From assembly GCF_000142905.1 (NCBI RefSeq), contig NW_013657660.1:1-64000 (forward strand): a stretch of 64,000 nucleotides of DNA. The letters run 5' to 3'. Position numbers and translations under genes: made by a program. Origin of the DNA: Thecamonas trahens ATCC 50062 (lineage: Eukaryota > Protista > Apusomonadida). Positions 45,450 to 55,271 of the stretch are shown here, in pieces; position 1 is the stretch's first letter, and the number at the start of each line of letters is the position of its first letter. Below the pieces are notes generated by a model. That model did no database searches. It saw only the letters and a list, made by a program, of their open reading frames with translations, and was not told the origin of the DNA.

Positions 45450-46324
45450 TTACGACTCGTAGTCATCGACAAGTCGGCAGCCGTCGGGATACTCGTTCAG
45501 CGCCACAGACTTGAGAAAGCCAAAGATGAGGTTTGCAATGGTGATACCGCCGCCCTTGGTGTGGATAAACACCCATCGGACGGTTGGGAGCGGATCGCCG
45601 GCTGCACGGGCCTTGCATCCGGCCACAGCAGCGTCGCCAACATACTTGCGCGCAGCGCGGAGGCCGTGCATGCAGAGTCCAATCGCAAGCGCCAGCAGTA
45701 GGAGCTTCATCGCGCCGACGGCAAACGCCCACACCCGCGACCGGGCCAGGACTTCGCGCTCATAGCCAAGGCCGGCCGCTTGCTCCTCGGCAGCAACGAG
45801 GAGACCGCGGGTGATCGGCCCGGATATCGGCTTCCACAGCGGCACATGCTCGTCCTCGTCCGCAGCACCGTTACGCTTTCTCGCTGCCTTGGCCGCCCGA
45901 GCCGCCTCCTCAGCCGCCGCAGAGATCTCCATGGCCGTCTGGCCGTATCCATCGACCGCCATGATGCCGGCCAGAGATCCCCGGGCCGTCTCTTCCCGCA
46001 GCAGCGTCCGCACCACCGAAAGGCATTCGTCTTAGCCGCCACATGTAGTAAGCTCTCTCCAGCCCGATTCCTCCTCGCCAGATCTACACCATCTCTCCCC
46101 TGGATCAGATACGCCACGCACTTGTCGGCGCCGGCCGCCACCGCAGCCTCCACCACAGCCCACGACACGTCCGCAGGCGCCGGAGGTACAACCTCGCTCA
46201 ACTGCTTCACGTCGTTGTGCGCAATGCTCTCAGCGATCACTGCCTCGTCCATGCTCAAGAGAAGCGTGTCAGCTGCCCTTGCCTGCTGCCCTCGAGCCGC
46301 TCCTCGGCTTGTGGTGGCGTCCAT
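45450..46324 (-). CDS. Ankyrin-repeat protein with a TM segment; frameshift at ~46020; 3' end may continue toward the gap
   Basis: RNRAGESLLHVAAK..VVRTLL..DGYGQTAME; hydrophobic LLLLALAIGL. Confidence 0.6.
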
Positions 46325-46612
46325 GGCGGGCCAACCAACTCGACTCACCACGCTGCCGATCGCGGTGCCCGACACAGGCTCGGCGAGATGAAAAGGGACC
46401 GAGTTCGGCTGAAGAAAAGGAAGAAGAGCAAACGCGGACCTTTGGATTGCCCCCATGCCGGCCATGGCAATGGCTGCTTTGGCATCTAGTAGCCCGCCTG
46501 CCCATCATGCAGCCATCTGCCCGTGCTGCCGAGACACATTTGATACTGATGTGGCTGCTTGCGCCCAGTTCTCCACCCTCACCTCCGACATCATTGCACC
46601 ACGTCACCCACA

Positions 46613-46660
<48 letters not shown>
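46613..46660 (+). repeat. (CAT)16 microsatellite
   Basis: Perfect trinucleotide run in a divergent intergenic region. Confidence 0.97.
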
Positions 46661-46661
<1 letters not shown>

Positions 46662-46824
46662 TGTTCTTCCCCGATCAGAATGCCTGCATCCGGCTCGAGT
46701 CGAGCGGCAAATACTTCAATGAGTCGGTCGCGATGGGCAGCCGGCGACTCGCGCTCTGCTCACAGCCTCCACTCACACACTGTCCACTGGCTACCATTTA
46801 ACTCACACAACCACCACAACCACC

Positions 46825-48167
46825 AGTACGTGACCAAGCAGCCTGCCGTGCCATTTCCTCTACATACCATTATTCCCTCCCACCTGTCCTGCCTCCTTCT
46901 GCAGGTATGCTCGGGTGCGTCAACGCGCGCAGTCGCATCCCTTGGCTGTGACTCGGCTTCTGTTGTCATCAGTCTCTCTCTCTCTCTCGTTGCTGGCAGG
47001 TGGTGGAGCTGTAGACGTACGCGCCACGTGGAAGGCTGGCCGGTAGCACGTGGTTTGAATCGGGTGAGAAGGAAAAATTGTAGAGTCGGGCAAAAGCCGG
47101 GATGTCCCCTTTTTTGAGGCGTATGTGTGACTTACCGAGGGCCATCTTCAGTGTCGGCTACTACAAACAAGCGCGAGCTGGAGAACCCGGCCGAGTCGGG
47201 ATCACCGGTGAAGAAGGCCAAGGTCGGGTCGGACGGCCTGGTGGCGCTCAACAACCGGCATCTTGTGGCCAAGCAGGAGGAGGCTGCGGCGCGCGGCGAG
47301 GTGTTTGTGGACCATCTGTACCACCTTGGGCTCGACTCGTCAATGCCGCTGCAGGAGCAGTTTGGCAAGACGCGATTTGTGGTCATGGGCGGCTCGCCGG
47401 TGCGTGCGCTCGACGTGGCCCAGCTGGTGTACCAGTTCATGGGCGTGGCGGCGCCGCAGCCGATCGAGCCGTTTGGCAAGACCGAGCGGTACTCGATGTA
47501 CAACTGCCAGCTCGGCGAGGTCAATGTCCTCTCCATCTCGCACGGCATGGGCCAACCGTCGCTCTCTATCTGCCTCCACGAGATGGCCAAGCTGATGCAC
47601 TACGCCAAGGCCCGCAACGTGGCCTTTATCCGGGTCGGCACCTCGGGCGGCGTGGGCGTGGCGCCGGGCACGTGCGTGGTGGCCAAGTCGGCCGTCTCGG
47701 GCCTCCTCGAGCCGTTCTACTCGCTGGACATCCTCGGCAAGACCCACCAGTTCCCGGCCAACTTTGACAGCCAGCTCGCCGACGACATCCTGGCGTGCGC
47801 AGGCGACGACATTGCCGCCGTCGCCGGCATCACCTGCGGTACCGACTGCTTTTACGAGGGCCAGGGACGGCTCGACGGCATGGTCGCCGACTACTCGCGC
47901 GACGACAAGCTCGCCTTTCTGCAAAAGGCGCACGAGGCCGGCGTGACCAACTTTGAGATGGAGTCGACGTGCCTCGCAGCGCAGACCTCGCGCTGGGGCA
48001 TTTCCGCGGCCCTCGTGTGCACCACGCTCCTCAACCGCCTCGACGGCGACCAGGTCACCTCGACGCCCGAGCAGCTCAAGCAGTTCTCGCTCAACGCGCA
48101 GACCCTTGTCCTCCGCTACATCAAGAAGCAGCTCATTGCCGAGGGCCTGCTTCCTGCCGACGCGTAA
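46825..48167 (+). CDS. UPP: Uridine phosphorylase; ATG probably formed by splicing A(46825) to TG(47152)
   Basis: DHLYHLGL, FVVMGGS, SHGMGQPS, RVGTSGG, FYEGQGRLDG, NFEMES, LLNRLDGDQV. Confidence 0.93.
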
Positions 48168-48192
48168 ACCTTGCACCACACAGCCGCACACG

Positions 48193-49533
48193 CTACGACC
48201 GCCAGATCTTGAGCAGCCGATCTTTGGAGCCCGAGCAGACGAGGCCGCCGGTCGACGCCCAGTCGAGGGCGTAGATGGCGTCGGCGTGGCCGGCGAGGTC
48301 CTTGATCATCTTGCGCTTGGCGAGCGACCAGACCTTGACCGTGGCGTCGGCCGAGGCCGTGGCCAGCAGTCGCGAGTCGGCCGAGAAGCAGACCCGGTAG
48401 ACGGCGGCGACGTGGCCACGGAGGCCAAAGAGGAAGGCACCGGTCTTGCCGTCCCAGATCTTGACCGACTTGTCGAACGCGCACGAGGCCACGTACCGCC
48501 CGTCGGGCGAGAACGAGGCGTGCGAGATCGGCGCCTGATGACCAACCATCCGTGCCACGGGCTTCTTCTGCGAGAGCTGCCACATGATGCATGTGTGGTC
48601 GTCCGAGCCGGTCACATAGTGGTCGCCGTCGGGCGAGACAGTAATGACCGTCACCCGGTGCGCATGGCCGGAGAGCGTCCCGCGGAGCTTGCCGTCGTCC
48701 GGCGAGTGCAGCCGGACAAGCTTGTCGTGCGCGCCCGAGACGAGCCGGTCGCCGATCCATGCCACCTGCGCGATGGTCTTGGTGCAGCCCGAGATCCGCC
48801 GCTGGATGCGCTTGAGCACAGTGTCCCATAGAATAATCGAAGTGTCCTTGGACGACGAGGCCAGCAGGCCAGGCGTCGTCGGGTGCCACGCGAGGTCGGT
48901 CACCCACTTCTTGTGGCCCTTGAGCACACCGAGCGAGTCGCCGGTCGGCGACCACAGCCGGACAGTGCCATCCATCGACGCCGATGCCAGTGTCTCGCCG
49001 TCCGGCGACCATGCAACTCGAAGGACCCATCCGGTGTGGCCCTTGAGCGTCTTGACCGGCAGCACCGTGAGCGCGTTCCAGATGCGGACCGTGTTGTCAC
49101 CAGACGCCGACGCCACCGTCTGCCCATCCGGTGAGAACGAGACGTCCAGCACCGCCTCAGTGTGGCCGGGCATCGTTCCCGCGCACCGCGAGACGGCACG
49201 GACCTTGAAGGCCGCCAGCGGGCGGTAGACAATGGTGATGCCGGTCTCCCGCGAGAGGCCGCCCACGTCCAAGGCCTCGCCCACCGTCCCAGTCACATCG
49301 ACAGCAGCAGGCGCATCATCCAGCAGAGCACTCGACGGAGTGGTGGGGGTAATCTCGGGCTTGTTGGCCGAGACCGAAAAGGCAAAGGTGTCAGCATCGT
49401 CATTCTCCATCAGCTCGTTCAGCAAGAGCTGCAACTGCTCCGACGTCAGCTCCTCTGGCAAGTCCAACTGCGGTCCGGTGCTCTCACCAGACTCACTCAC
49501 AAACTGCGCAAGTACATTCCTTCCAGACGACAT
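48193..49533 (-). CDS. NLE1: Notchless / Rsa4 (NLE domain + WD40), 60S biogenesis factor
   Basis: LAQFVSESGESTG..LQLLLN, VYRPLAAFKVRAVSRC..GH, WD repeats, SGSKDRLLKIWR. Confidence 0.9.
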   Translation of the reverse strand: MSSGRNVLAQFVSESGESTGPQLDLPEELTSEQLQLLLNELMENDDADTFAFSVSANKPEITPTTPSSALLDDAPAAVDVTGTVGEALDVGGLSRETGITIVYRPLAAFKVRAVSRCAGTMPGHTEAVLDVSFSPDGQTVASASGDNTVRIWNALTVLPVKTLKGHTGWVLRVAWSPDGETLASASMDGTVRLWSPTGDSLGVLKGHKKWVTDLAWHPTTPGLLASSSKDTSIILWDTVLKRIQRRISGCTKTIAQVAWIGDRLVSGAHDKLVRLHSPDDGKLRGTLSGHAHRVTVITVSPDGDHYVTGSDDHTCIMWQLSQKKPVARMVGHQAPISHASFSPDGRYVASCAFDKSVKIWDGKTGAFLFGLRGHVAAVYRVCFSADSRLLATASADATVKVWSLAKRKMIKDLAGHADAIYALDWASTGGLVCSGSKDRLLKIWRS

Positions 49534-49582
49534 CTTGAAGAGACTAAGGCGGGGAGTGGGGATGGGAATGGGGGGGGGGGGG

Positions 49583-49682
49583 NNNNNNNNNNNNNNNNNN
49601 NNNNNNNNNNNNNNNNNNNNNNNNNNNNNNNNNNNNNNNNNNNNNNNNNNNNNNNNNNNNNNNNNNNNNNNNNNNNNNNNNN
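49583..49682. other. Assembly gap
   Basis: 100 N. Confidence 0.99.
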
Positions 49683-50006
49683 GTGTTTGAGGGGGGAGGG
49701 AGGGAGGATTGCAGAGGATGTATGGAAGGACTTCCAAAGCCATTTGCGTTGGTGGTGGTGGTGGGTTGGTGGTGGGCCGGTGGCCGCCGGGCCGGGGACG
49801 ATGGCGTCAATGCCACCCGCCTTTGTTTTTTTGTGTTGGATGGCGGATGGATTGTTCATTTGGTGACCATGGGGCGTGAATGGAGTCGTGCATACATTTG
49901 GCGAGGGGGGGGGGGGGGGGGAGGGGGGGGGAGAGGAGGAGATGGGGTACCTCTCTCTCTCTCTCTGTCTCTCTCTCTTGGGACTGAGGGGAGGAAGAAG
50001 GGCAGG

Positions 50007-51272
50007 ATGGGGATTACGCCGAATGTTGTACGGTTGTCTGTGGCCAAGAAGGGAACCAGGCGAGGAAGAGGCCGTGGTGGCGGTGGTGGTGGTGGGCGGA
50101 GGATTCATGCTGGTGCGGCTGTCAAGCCATTGCTTCCTGGTGCTGATTCCGATGGTACAGGGTCTGGGTCAGGGTCTGGGTCAGGGTCTTGGTCTGGGTC
50201 ACGGTCAGGGTTTGGGTCAGGAGCATCGAGCGAGGCTCGTGATGAGGTCAAGATGAAGGATGATGTGGTTATTGTCAACTTGGACAGCGACAGCGACTCG
50301 AATGAGAGCAGCTGCTCGAGCCAGGTCATCGTGGCTGCCAAGGCGGCAAAGACTTCTGGGAAGTCGCCTGGCCGCGACAGCAACAGCAGGGGCGAGGGCA
50401 CGGTCAAGGGCGAGGGAAAGAGCAACAGCGAGACTGTGGTGACATCAAACAAGAGTGATGTCATGTCGGACGCGACTGGCGTCGACCGGGGCGTCACGGG
50501 CGTGATCCCTAGCAAGGGCAGCGCCGAAGCCGATGTCGTGGCCATGGACGAGGGCGAGGCGTGTAAGGAGGACACGCTTGTGGCGAGAAAGATAACGATC
50601 CGGTGCCGCCGCCGTCGGAAGAAGGCCGCGACGGTGGCTGTCAATGGCGGCGCCGACAACGGGTCGGGCGGCTCGAACGTGGTTGCAATGGACGAGGGGA
50701 GCAACGGGTCCAAGGCCGACGCCAAAGCGCCTGCTGGCCCACGTCTCAACGCCGATGGGTTGCCCGAGTACTCGTGGCCGGAGAACAATGTCATCAAGCT
50801 GTCGATTGGTGACAAGCCGTGGATGAGCCGCGGCCGCAAGAAGGAGAAGCCGCTCGAGGGCCTGCCCGGGACCATCGAAGGGACGATTGTGGAGAACAAC
50901 GTCATGTTTGCCACCAAGGATTGCAACCACCAGCTTCCCGAGTACATGTTTCAGGCGATGCGCGGGCGCGAGTGCTTTATCGGTTTGGAGCACACCCGTC
51001 ATGGCTGGATATGTGTTGATACCGAGAAGACGCTGCAACGGATCGACCTGTGGGAGGCGCGCGACTCTGAGTCGACCGACTCGGGCGACGACATCCTAAC
51101 CCGCAACAACCGCCCGCGGGCCAAGTGTTTCCCGAACCGCCACCGGGTCCGCACCCCGCTGCCGCTGCCGGTCGTCGCCAAACCGAGGCGGTCCAAGAAA
51201 AAGGCGGTCCGCAAGAAGAAGGCGGCGACCAAGAAGCAGAACAAGACTGTGGCCGCCAAGCGCTCGTCGTAG
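50007..51272 (+). CDS. Hypothetical protein: disordered N-terminus, small globular domain, Lys-rich (NLS-like) tail; start uncertain
   Basis: Long ORF with coding bias in the 3' half; no family recognised. Confidence 0.55.
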   Translation: MGITPNVVRLSVAKKGTRRGRGRGGGGGGGRRIHAGAAVKPLLPGADSDGTGSGSGSGSGSWSGSRSGFGSGASSEARDEVKMKDDVVIVNLDSDSDSNESSCSSQVIVAAKAAKTSGKSPGRDSNSRGEGTVKGEGKSNSETVVTSNKSDVMSDATGVDRGVTGVIPSKGSAEADVVAMDEGEACKEDTLVARKITIRCRRRRKKAATVAVNGGADNGSGGSNVVAMDEGSNGSKADAKAPAGPRLNADGLPEYSWPENNVIKLSIGDKPWMSRGRKKEKPLEGLPGTIEGTIVENNVMFATKDCNHQLPEYMFQAMRGRECFIGLEHTRHGWICVDTEKTLQRIDLWEARDSESTDSGDDILTRNNRPRAKCFPNRHRVRTPLPLPVVAKPRRSKKKAVRKKKAATKKQNKTVAAKRSS

Positions 51273-51312
51273 GATGCGGCCGCCACGCGGTCGTGGTGGG
51301 CGAGAGCCTGCT

Positions 51313-52560
51313 TCAGAGTCCGTCGAGCTCATCGAGCTCGTCGAGCTCATCCGAGGTGCCCAGTTCGTCACCGGCGCCGATGGCAAAGACGCCGCCGCCG
51401 AGCGAGCAGTCCGACTCGGTGCTTTCTCCGGCGAGCTGGCCGTAGCCGGCCGGTGCGGTTGTTGCCTCATCGCTGGTGTTCTCGAGGTAGGTGAACCAAA
51501 CCACACCCGAGAAGGCCAGGCAGATGCCGATGACCTTGAGCACGGTGACCGACTCGCCGAGGAAGACGAGCGAGAAGACGATGATGACCACGTCTTTGAG
51601 CACGCCGGTCACCGAGTAAATAATCGACGACGAGGAGGCGATCCAGGCGTAGCGGCCAAAGTTAGAGAGGACAGCGAGCGCCGATGAGCCGATGACAATG
51701 AGAAAGACCTGGCCACCCGAGTAGTCGGGGTGGTGGTGAGCGCCGTCGCCGCGCGACTCGGGCGAGAGCAGGATCGGCCCGTCGGTGACTAGCCAGACGG
51801 CGAAGAGGAGGACAAACGCGGCGGGGCCGGTCGACGGGTACAGCTGCCGCGGATCGATGGGCGAGTGCAGCGTGGCGTTCTCAATGAGAGCGGTGCGGAT
51901 GGCCGAGAGAATGGTGGCGGAGATGGCAAGGAAGAAGCCGCGCCAAACAAAGGCCAGCTCGCCGAGCGAGGCGAGGATGATGCCGCCCGAGATGAGGAAA
52001 ATGATGGCCACCAGCGATGGAGTGGCCTTTTGAGTTCCCACAGCCATGGTAATAAACAGAACCCACATCGGACCCGTAGCCTTGACCACCTGCAGAAAGT
52101 CGACCTCCAAGTCTTCAAACGACAAGTTGTTGCACGCCACGTTGCCCCAGTACGCCAGACCGAGCGGGAGGATGTTGCGAAGCCAGAGCAGAGGCGGAAA
52201 GGGGTGCCAGGCCATAGCAGTCTTTGCCGACATCCAGAACCTTGTCAGGGAAGCGTACAGGGATGAACTTTGCCACGCACCTTCCGCAAGCCCTTCTCCA
52301 TCCCCATTCCCAATTTCGCCTCGGTCCTCGCCTGCAGAGTCGCTCTGAGCGTGCGCCAGTGGCACTGCGCCCGAGAGCGGGAACATCCAGCCGAGGAGCA
52401 ACGAGGTGACACAGGTGGCGGCAAGGTGGATGATGGTGAGGGTTACGGGGTAGTTGAACACATGCGCCTTGACAAACATCCACTCGTTGAGGAAGACAGT
52501 GCCGAGCGAGCCAATCGCCCAGCCGAGAAAGGCCAGGAATCGCCTCGCCGCCGGGGACAT
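51313..52560 (-). CDS. Triose-phosphate / nucleotide-sugar transporter family (SLC35)
   Basis: FNYPVTLTIIH, NNLSF, QVVKATGP, GVLKDVVIIVFSLVFLGE; ~10 TM helices. Confidence 0.9.
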   Translation of the reverse strand: MSPAARRFLAFLGWAIGSLGTVFLNEWMFVKAHVFNYPVTLTIIHLAATCVTSLLLGWMFPLSGAVPLAHAQSDSAGEDRGEIGNGDGEGLAEGAWQSSSLYASLTRFWMSAKTAMAWHPFPPLLWLRNILPLGLAYWGNVACNNLSFEDLEVDFLQVVKATGPMWVLFITMAVGTQKATPSLVAIIFLISGGIILASLGELAFVWRGFFLAISATILSAIRTALIENATLHSPIDPRQLYPSTGPAAFVLLFAVWLVTDGPILLSPESRGDGAHHHPDYSGGQVFLIVIGSSALAVLSNFGRYAWIASSSSIIYSVTGVLKDVVIIVFSLVFLGESVTVLKVIGICLAFSGVVWFTYLENTSDEATTAPAGYGQLAGESTESDCSLGGGVFAIGAGDELGTSDELDELDELDGL

Positions 52561-52653
52561 CAGCAGGTGAGCGGGAGACGAGTGCTGTCGTCTGCCAATG
52601 CCACGTGTACGATGGCCTGCTCATCGGGGGGCAGGGAGGTGGGGGGGGGGGGT

Positions 52654-52969
52654 NNNNNNNNNNNNNNNNNNNNNNNNNNNNNNNNNNNNNNNNNNNNNNN
52701 NNNNNNNNNNNNNNNNNNNNNNNNNNNNNNNNNNNNNNNNNNNNNNNNNNNNNNNNNNNNNNNNNNNNNNNNNNNNNNNNNNNNNNNNNNNNNNNNNNNN
52801 NNNNNNNNNNNNNNNNNNNNNNNNNNNNNNNNNNNNNNNNNNNNNNNNNNNNNNNNNNNNNNNNNNNNNNNNNNNNNNNNNNNNNNNNNNNNNNNNNNNN
52901 NNNNNNNNNNNNNNNNNNNNNNNNNNNNNNNNNNNNNNNNNNNNNNNNNNNNNNNNNNNNNNNNNNNNN
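52654..52969. other. Assembly gap
   Basis: N run. Confidence 0.99.
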
Positions 52970-53171
52970 GCTGATCACACAGCCTCTATCACCGTCACAT
53001 CCATCCCCCCATCCCCCCCCCCCCCCCCCCCCTCCATCCTGGCCAGCTGCCATTTCCGCGTTCCGGTCACTCCGTCCACCCGTGCCCCCCCCCCCCACCC
53101 CACCCACCCCCTCCCACCTCCCACCTCCCACGGCTACACCCGACTGCAGGACCAACGACAGTGCCTTCACC

Positions 53172-54398
53172 ATGGATGCCATGCTTGCACTTGTGACGGT
53201 GTATGCGTGCCTGATTGCCATTGTCATGTACATTATGCTGTGCGGACAGACGTCGTCATTGCCGCCGCTCCGAGCAGCACACCAGTTCCTCACCTCGGGC
53301 CTGTGGCGGATTGTGGGCAAGGGAATGAGGATGGTGTGTGGTGACGGCGTTGATCGGAGTCTTCACTATCTCTTTGCTACCAATCATCGACTTCTCTCTC
53401 TCTTCTATTTGGCCCTCGTTTGGGGTGGTGTCGCCATCTTTGTCCTCTACACCCTCCCTTGGATCCCGAATCCCATCGCTCCTGCCTATCACCTCTACTT
53501 GATTCCGCTGGCAATTGTCCTCCCCAACTACTGCTTCTACAAGGCTGCTCATACTCCTCCGGGCATCGTCGACAAGGACAATGCGCAACCGCTGACTTCT
53601 CGCTATCCTTACGATGGCATCATCTTTGCCCAGAAGTACTGCTCCACCTGCAAGATCACCCGCCCGGCAAGGACAAAGCACTGCTCGCTCTGCGGTGTCT
53701 GTGTCCTCCGCTTTGATCACCACTGCGCGTGGATCAACAACTGTGTCGGAGAGCAGAACCACCGCTGGTTCCTTGCCTTCCTCGCCTCCACCTCGGTCCT
53801 CTGTGCCTACGGCGCTTACCTCTGCACCCTTGTCCTCCTCTACATCATCGAGATGGAGGAGCTCTTCTCGCGCTACGTCCGTGGACCGAGCGGCGAGGCC
53901 ATCCCAGTCTCGTGGGGCGTTGTCTTCAAGTACATGCTCGTCTTCCACGCGCCCATCATCGGCGTCGGCGTCTTTATGGCCGTCATCTCGCTCACCCTCT
54001 ACTGCTTCTTCCTCTACCACCTCTACCTGATCGCCCGCGGAACGACCACCGCCGAGACGTTCAAGTGGTCCGACGCCCGCTCTGACATCGGCTATTGGCG
54101 CTGGCGCCAGAGCGAGATCCGCGCCGACCCGGACCGCCTCGCCGCCGCAAAGGCCCACGCCGCCAACAACCCGGCCCGCGACCTCACCGATGTGCCCGAG
54201 AACGAGCTCACCGACGCAGACATCCTCGCCATGGACCTGCCCAAGTCGCTGGTCAACATCTACAACCGCGGCCTCGCCGCAAACTTTGCCGAGATCATGT
54301 GGCCCAAGTCAATGGTTGCCGCCGAGATCATCACCGAAGCCCAGTCCTCAGCGCGTCCGCGGCCCAAGGGTGTCAAGGGCAAGAAGAAGCGCCGCTGA
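53172..54398 (+). CDS. DHHC palmitoyltransferase (ZDHHC4/Swf1-like)
   Basis: [50 protein letters not shown]. Confidence 0.93.
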   Translation: MDAMLALVTVYACLIAIVMYIMLCGQTSSLPPLRAAHQFLTSGLWRIVGKGMRMVCGDGVDRSLHYLFATNHRLLSLFYLALVWGGVAIFVLYTLPWIPNPIAPAYHLYLIPLAIVLPNYCFYKAAHTPPGIVDKDNAQPLTSRYPYDGIIFAQKYCSTCKITRPARTKHCSLCGVCVLRFDHHCAWINNCVGEQNHRWFLAFLASTSVLCAYGAYLCTLVLLYIIEMEELFSRYVRGPSGEAIPVSWGVVFKYMLVFHAPIIGVGVFMAVISLTLYCFFLYHLYLIARGTTTAETFKWSDARSDIGYWRWRQSEIRADPDRLAAAKAHAANNPARDLTDVPENELTDADILAMDLPKSLVNIYNRGLAANFAEIMWPKSMVAAEIITEAQSSARPRPKGVKGKKKRR

Positions 54399-54444
54399 AC
54401 ACCGGCTGTCGAGCCGCACAGCGGGGACGCTCTGCCAGCCTACG

Positions 54445-54918
54445 CTACCGGCTCCCGAGCCGCCGATTAAACGCCACCACGCGGTGCTCGACCAGATCCG
54501 GGCCGAGATCCAGGGCCACCCGCCGAAGAGCCTTTGCCTCCATCCACGCCACGAGATCGGCGCCAAACCGAGCATACACATGCTGCCGTCCACCCGCCCG
54601 ATGCTTGTGGGCCAGAGTCTTGACACACGACGTCCTCATGATAAACTCCATCCGCTTGGCCAGCGGTCTCGCCACGCATCGGCTGGCCACCCTCCCTCCG
54701 CTCGCCGCCGCCGCCGCCGTCCGAGCACCGGCCAGAGCGCCATTGTATGAGCCCACAATGACATAGTCAGACGCATTGGTCCACCCGACCTTGGCCACTC
54801 CGTTCCCTCCCTCGTCGCAGAAACCATGCGCCACAAGAGCGGCAAGAACATCACCGCTCACGCCGCTCAGCTCGCGCCCGCTTCCGCTCGCCAGCACCGC
54901 TCGCACCGCCCGCAGCAT
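54445..54918 (-). CDS. Standalone group II intron maturase domain-X-like protein with putative mitochondrial presequence (157 aa)
   Basis: LVAHGFCD..TNASDYVIVGSYNGALAG..MEFIMRTSCVKTLAHKHR..VYARFG resembles domain X (cf. LtrA YNSELRG..YLMEYSCLKTIASKHK); begins MLRAVRAVLAS. Confidence 0.72.
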   Translation of the reverse strand: MLRAVRAVLASGSGRELSGVSGDVLAALVAHGFCDEGGNGVAKVGWTNASDYVIVGSYNGALAGARTAAAAASGGRVASRCVARPLAKRMEFIMRTSCVKTLAHKHRAGGRQHVYARFGADLVAWMEAKALRRVALDLGPDLVEHRVVAFNRRLGSR

Positions 54919-55271
54919 GGATTGGCTCAATCGCAGTCGAGTGCCGCCTGCCACCGCTGCCGCTGCCGCCACCACCTTCTAACCCTTAGAGGTACGGTCG
55001 TTCGGACGCGTTGATGTGCGCATCTCGTGGTGAACAACGCGATGATGCTTGACTTCCAGATCACAAGCTTCATGGTAAGCGATCGCGGCCGCGGACCCTT
55101 TGTGCCGCGTGCGGCGTCCATCTCTGCATCGCCGACTGTGTTCTGTTGTGGCAGCCATGAACACATTGTACTACTCTTTTACAACAATTCGTGGACGTTG
55201 CGACGTCTGTGGAGCGTCGCGGAACGCGGCTTGCGCGATGGGCAGATTTGTCCATTGCGTACCGTAAAGGG

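Noticed and set aside
45450-45590. WVFIHTKGGGITI resembling a sulfotransferase PAPS-binding loop after the TM helix
   Set aside because: Motif is imperfect and the frame ends shortly before an assembly gap; cannot be supported
5780-46025. Programmed frameshifting or pseudogenisation at ~5785, 30230, 32657, 38658, 43458 and 46020
   Set aside because: All are single-base slips in short homopolymer runs, including in conserved genes (EPG5, kinesin); best explained as sequencing error, to be confirmed with reads
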